A stretch of DNA of 64,000 bases from an uncultured Methanoregulaceae archaeon (GTDB taxonomy: Archaea; Halobacteriota; Methanomicrobia; Methanomicrobiales; Methanospirillaceae), in assembly GCA_963701095.1 (NCBI GenBank), contig OY969564.1, forward strand, positions 64,001 through 128,000, given 5' to 3'. Shown one piece after another: positions 63,334-64,000 of this stretch. The notes beneath the pieces are model-generated. The model made no database searches. It saw nothing but the letters and a program-made list of their open reading frames with translations, and was not told where the DNA came from. The position numbers were made by a program, and so were the translations under genes. Each line of letters begins with the position of its first letter. The first letter of the stretch is position 1.

Positions 63334-63729
63334 ATAACCGCCGAACTCGAAGGGCTGGAAGAGTGCATGGCTGGTTTACAGGATGCCCTTGATCAGGTTC
63401 ATGCAAGTTCCGGAAACGCTGCCATGCAGGGTGGTCTTGCGTATGTTGCCGATGTGAAAGCCCTCGCACCAGTCAAGAACGGTGAGTACCGGGACGGGAT
63501 CTCCTGCAAACCTTCTCCGGATGGTGATGGTTCCGTTATCGTCGGGTCTCCCGATCCTTTCTCCCGGCGGCTTGAGTACGGGTTCTACGATATGACCGAT
63601 TCTCTCGGCCGGCACTTTTTCCAAGAGCCCCGCCCGCATTTCCGACCGCCACTCGACACCGAGATGGACAGATATCTGGCGATCATGGCCGGCACTATTG
63701 CAAAAGAAGCTTTCGGGGATGATGGGTGA
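63334..63729 (+). CDS. HK97 gp10-like neck/tail completion protein
   Basis: APVKNGEYRDGI, LEYG, PRPHFRP; first ATG is 63367 but the frame extends to ATA 63334. Confidence 0.75.
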   Translation: MTAELEGLEECMAGLQDALDQVHASSGNAAMQGGLAYVADVKALAPVKNGEYRDGISCKPSPDGDGSVIVGSPDPFSRRLEYGFYDMTDSLGRHFFQEPRPHFRPPLDTEMDRYLAIMAGTIAKEAFGDDG

Positions 63730-64000
63730 TGCAGGATATTGTTCTTGCCGTCATCGACCAGCTGCTTGCCAATGCTTCCGTTGCCGGGCAGGTTGGGACG
63801 AACATCTACCGGGGCAACCTGCCACCATCACCTCCGTATCCTTCAGTCGTAGTAGACCGCGTCACAAAACTCCGGGAGGCCGGGAACAACACCGCCCACT
63901 ATGCAACCGCCCGGGTACAATGCACCGTCTTTACGCAATCCGATGGTCTCGCGGAAACTATCAGCGAGGCAATAGCGGACTGCCTGCACAGCACGACGAA
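63729..64000 (+). CDS. Tail terminator (DUF3168-like), 3'-truncated
   Basis: LLANASV...VGTNIY...P....YP.VV...RVQCTVF. Confidence 0.75.
   Translation, partial: MQDIVLAVIDQLLANASVAGQVGTNIYRGNLPPSPPYPSVVVDRVTKLREAGNNTAHYATARVQCTVFTQSDGLAETISEAIADCLHSTT

Larger units (their letters stand above)
33038..64000 (+). mobile_element. Integrated head-tail (Caudoviricetes-type) provirus; right end outside window
   Basis: Integrase, regulators, terminases, portal, protease, major capsid and head-tail genes in canonical order. Confidence 0.93.

Overview
The window is archaeal DNA, most consistent with a Methanomicrobiales (Methanoregula-like) methanogen; this is inferred from gene content, not from a database search. 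Bases 1 to ~33,000 are host chromosome: cimA/leuA-ilvB-ilvN, lactate permease, hybrid histidine kinase, uppP-gpmA-pmm/pgk, an NRAMP/MgtE-type metal uptake operon, serS, PEGA/HEAT/cupredoxin genes, tRNA-Glu(TTC) and ilvE. From ~33,040 to the window end is an integrated head-tail provirus whose right end lies outside the window. It encodes a tyrosine integrase, divergent RHH regulators with operator-like palindromes, an antirepressor, a Dam-like methylase, a ParB + ABC-ATPase/GNAT module, terminases, portal, protease/scaffold, a Mu gpT-like capsid and head-tail connectors. Three accessory inserts interrupt it: DUF4238, HicBA, and a ~10 kb AT-rich Ser/Thr-kinase/TPR island. Nested in that island is a complete 4,511-bp IS903-like element (15-bp TIRs, 9-bp target duplication) carrying a BsoBI/AvaI-like restriction-modification pair and an unannotated zinc-finger microprotein next to a 16-bp repeat array. 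About ten single-base frameshifts in conserved genes look like sequencing errors rather than true pseudogenes.
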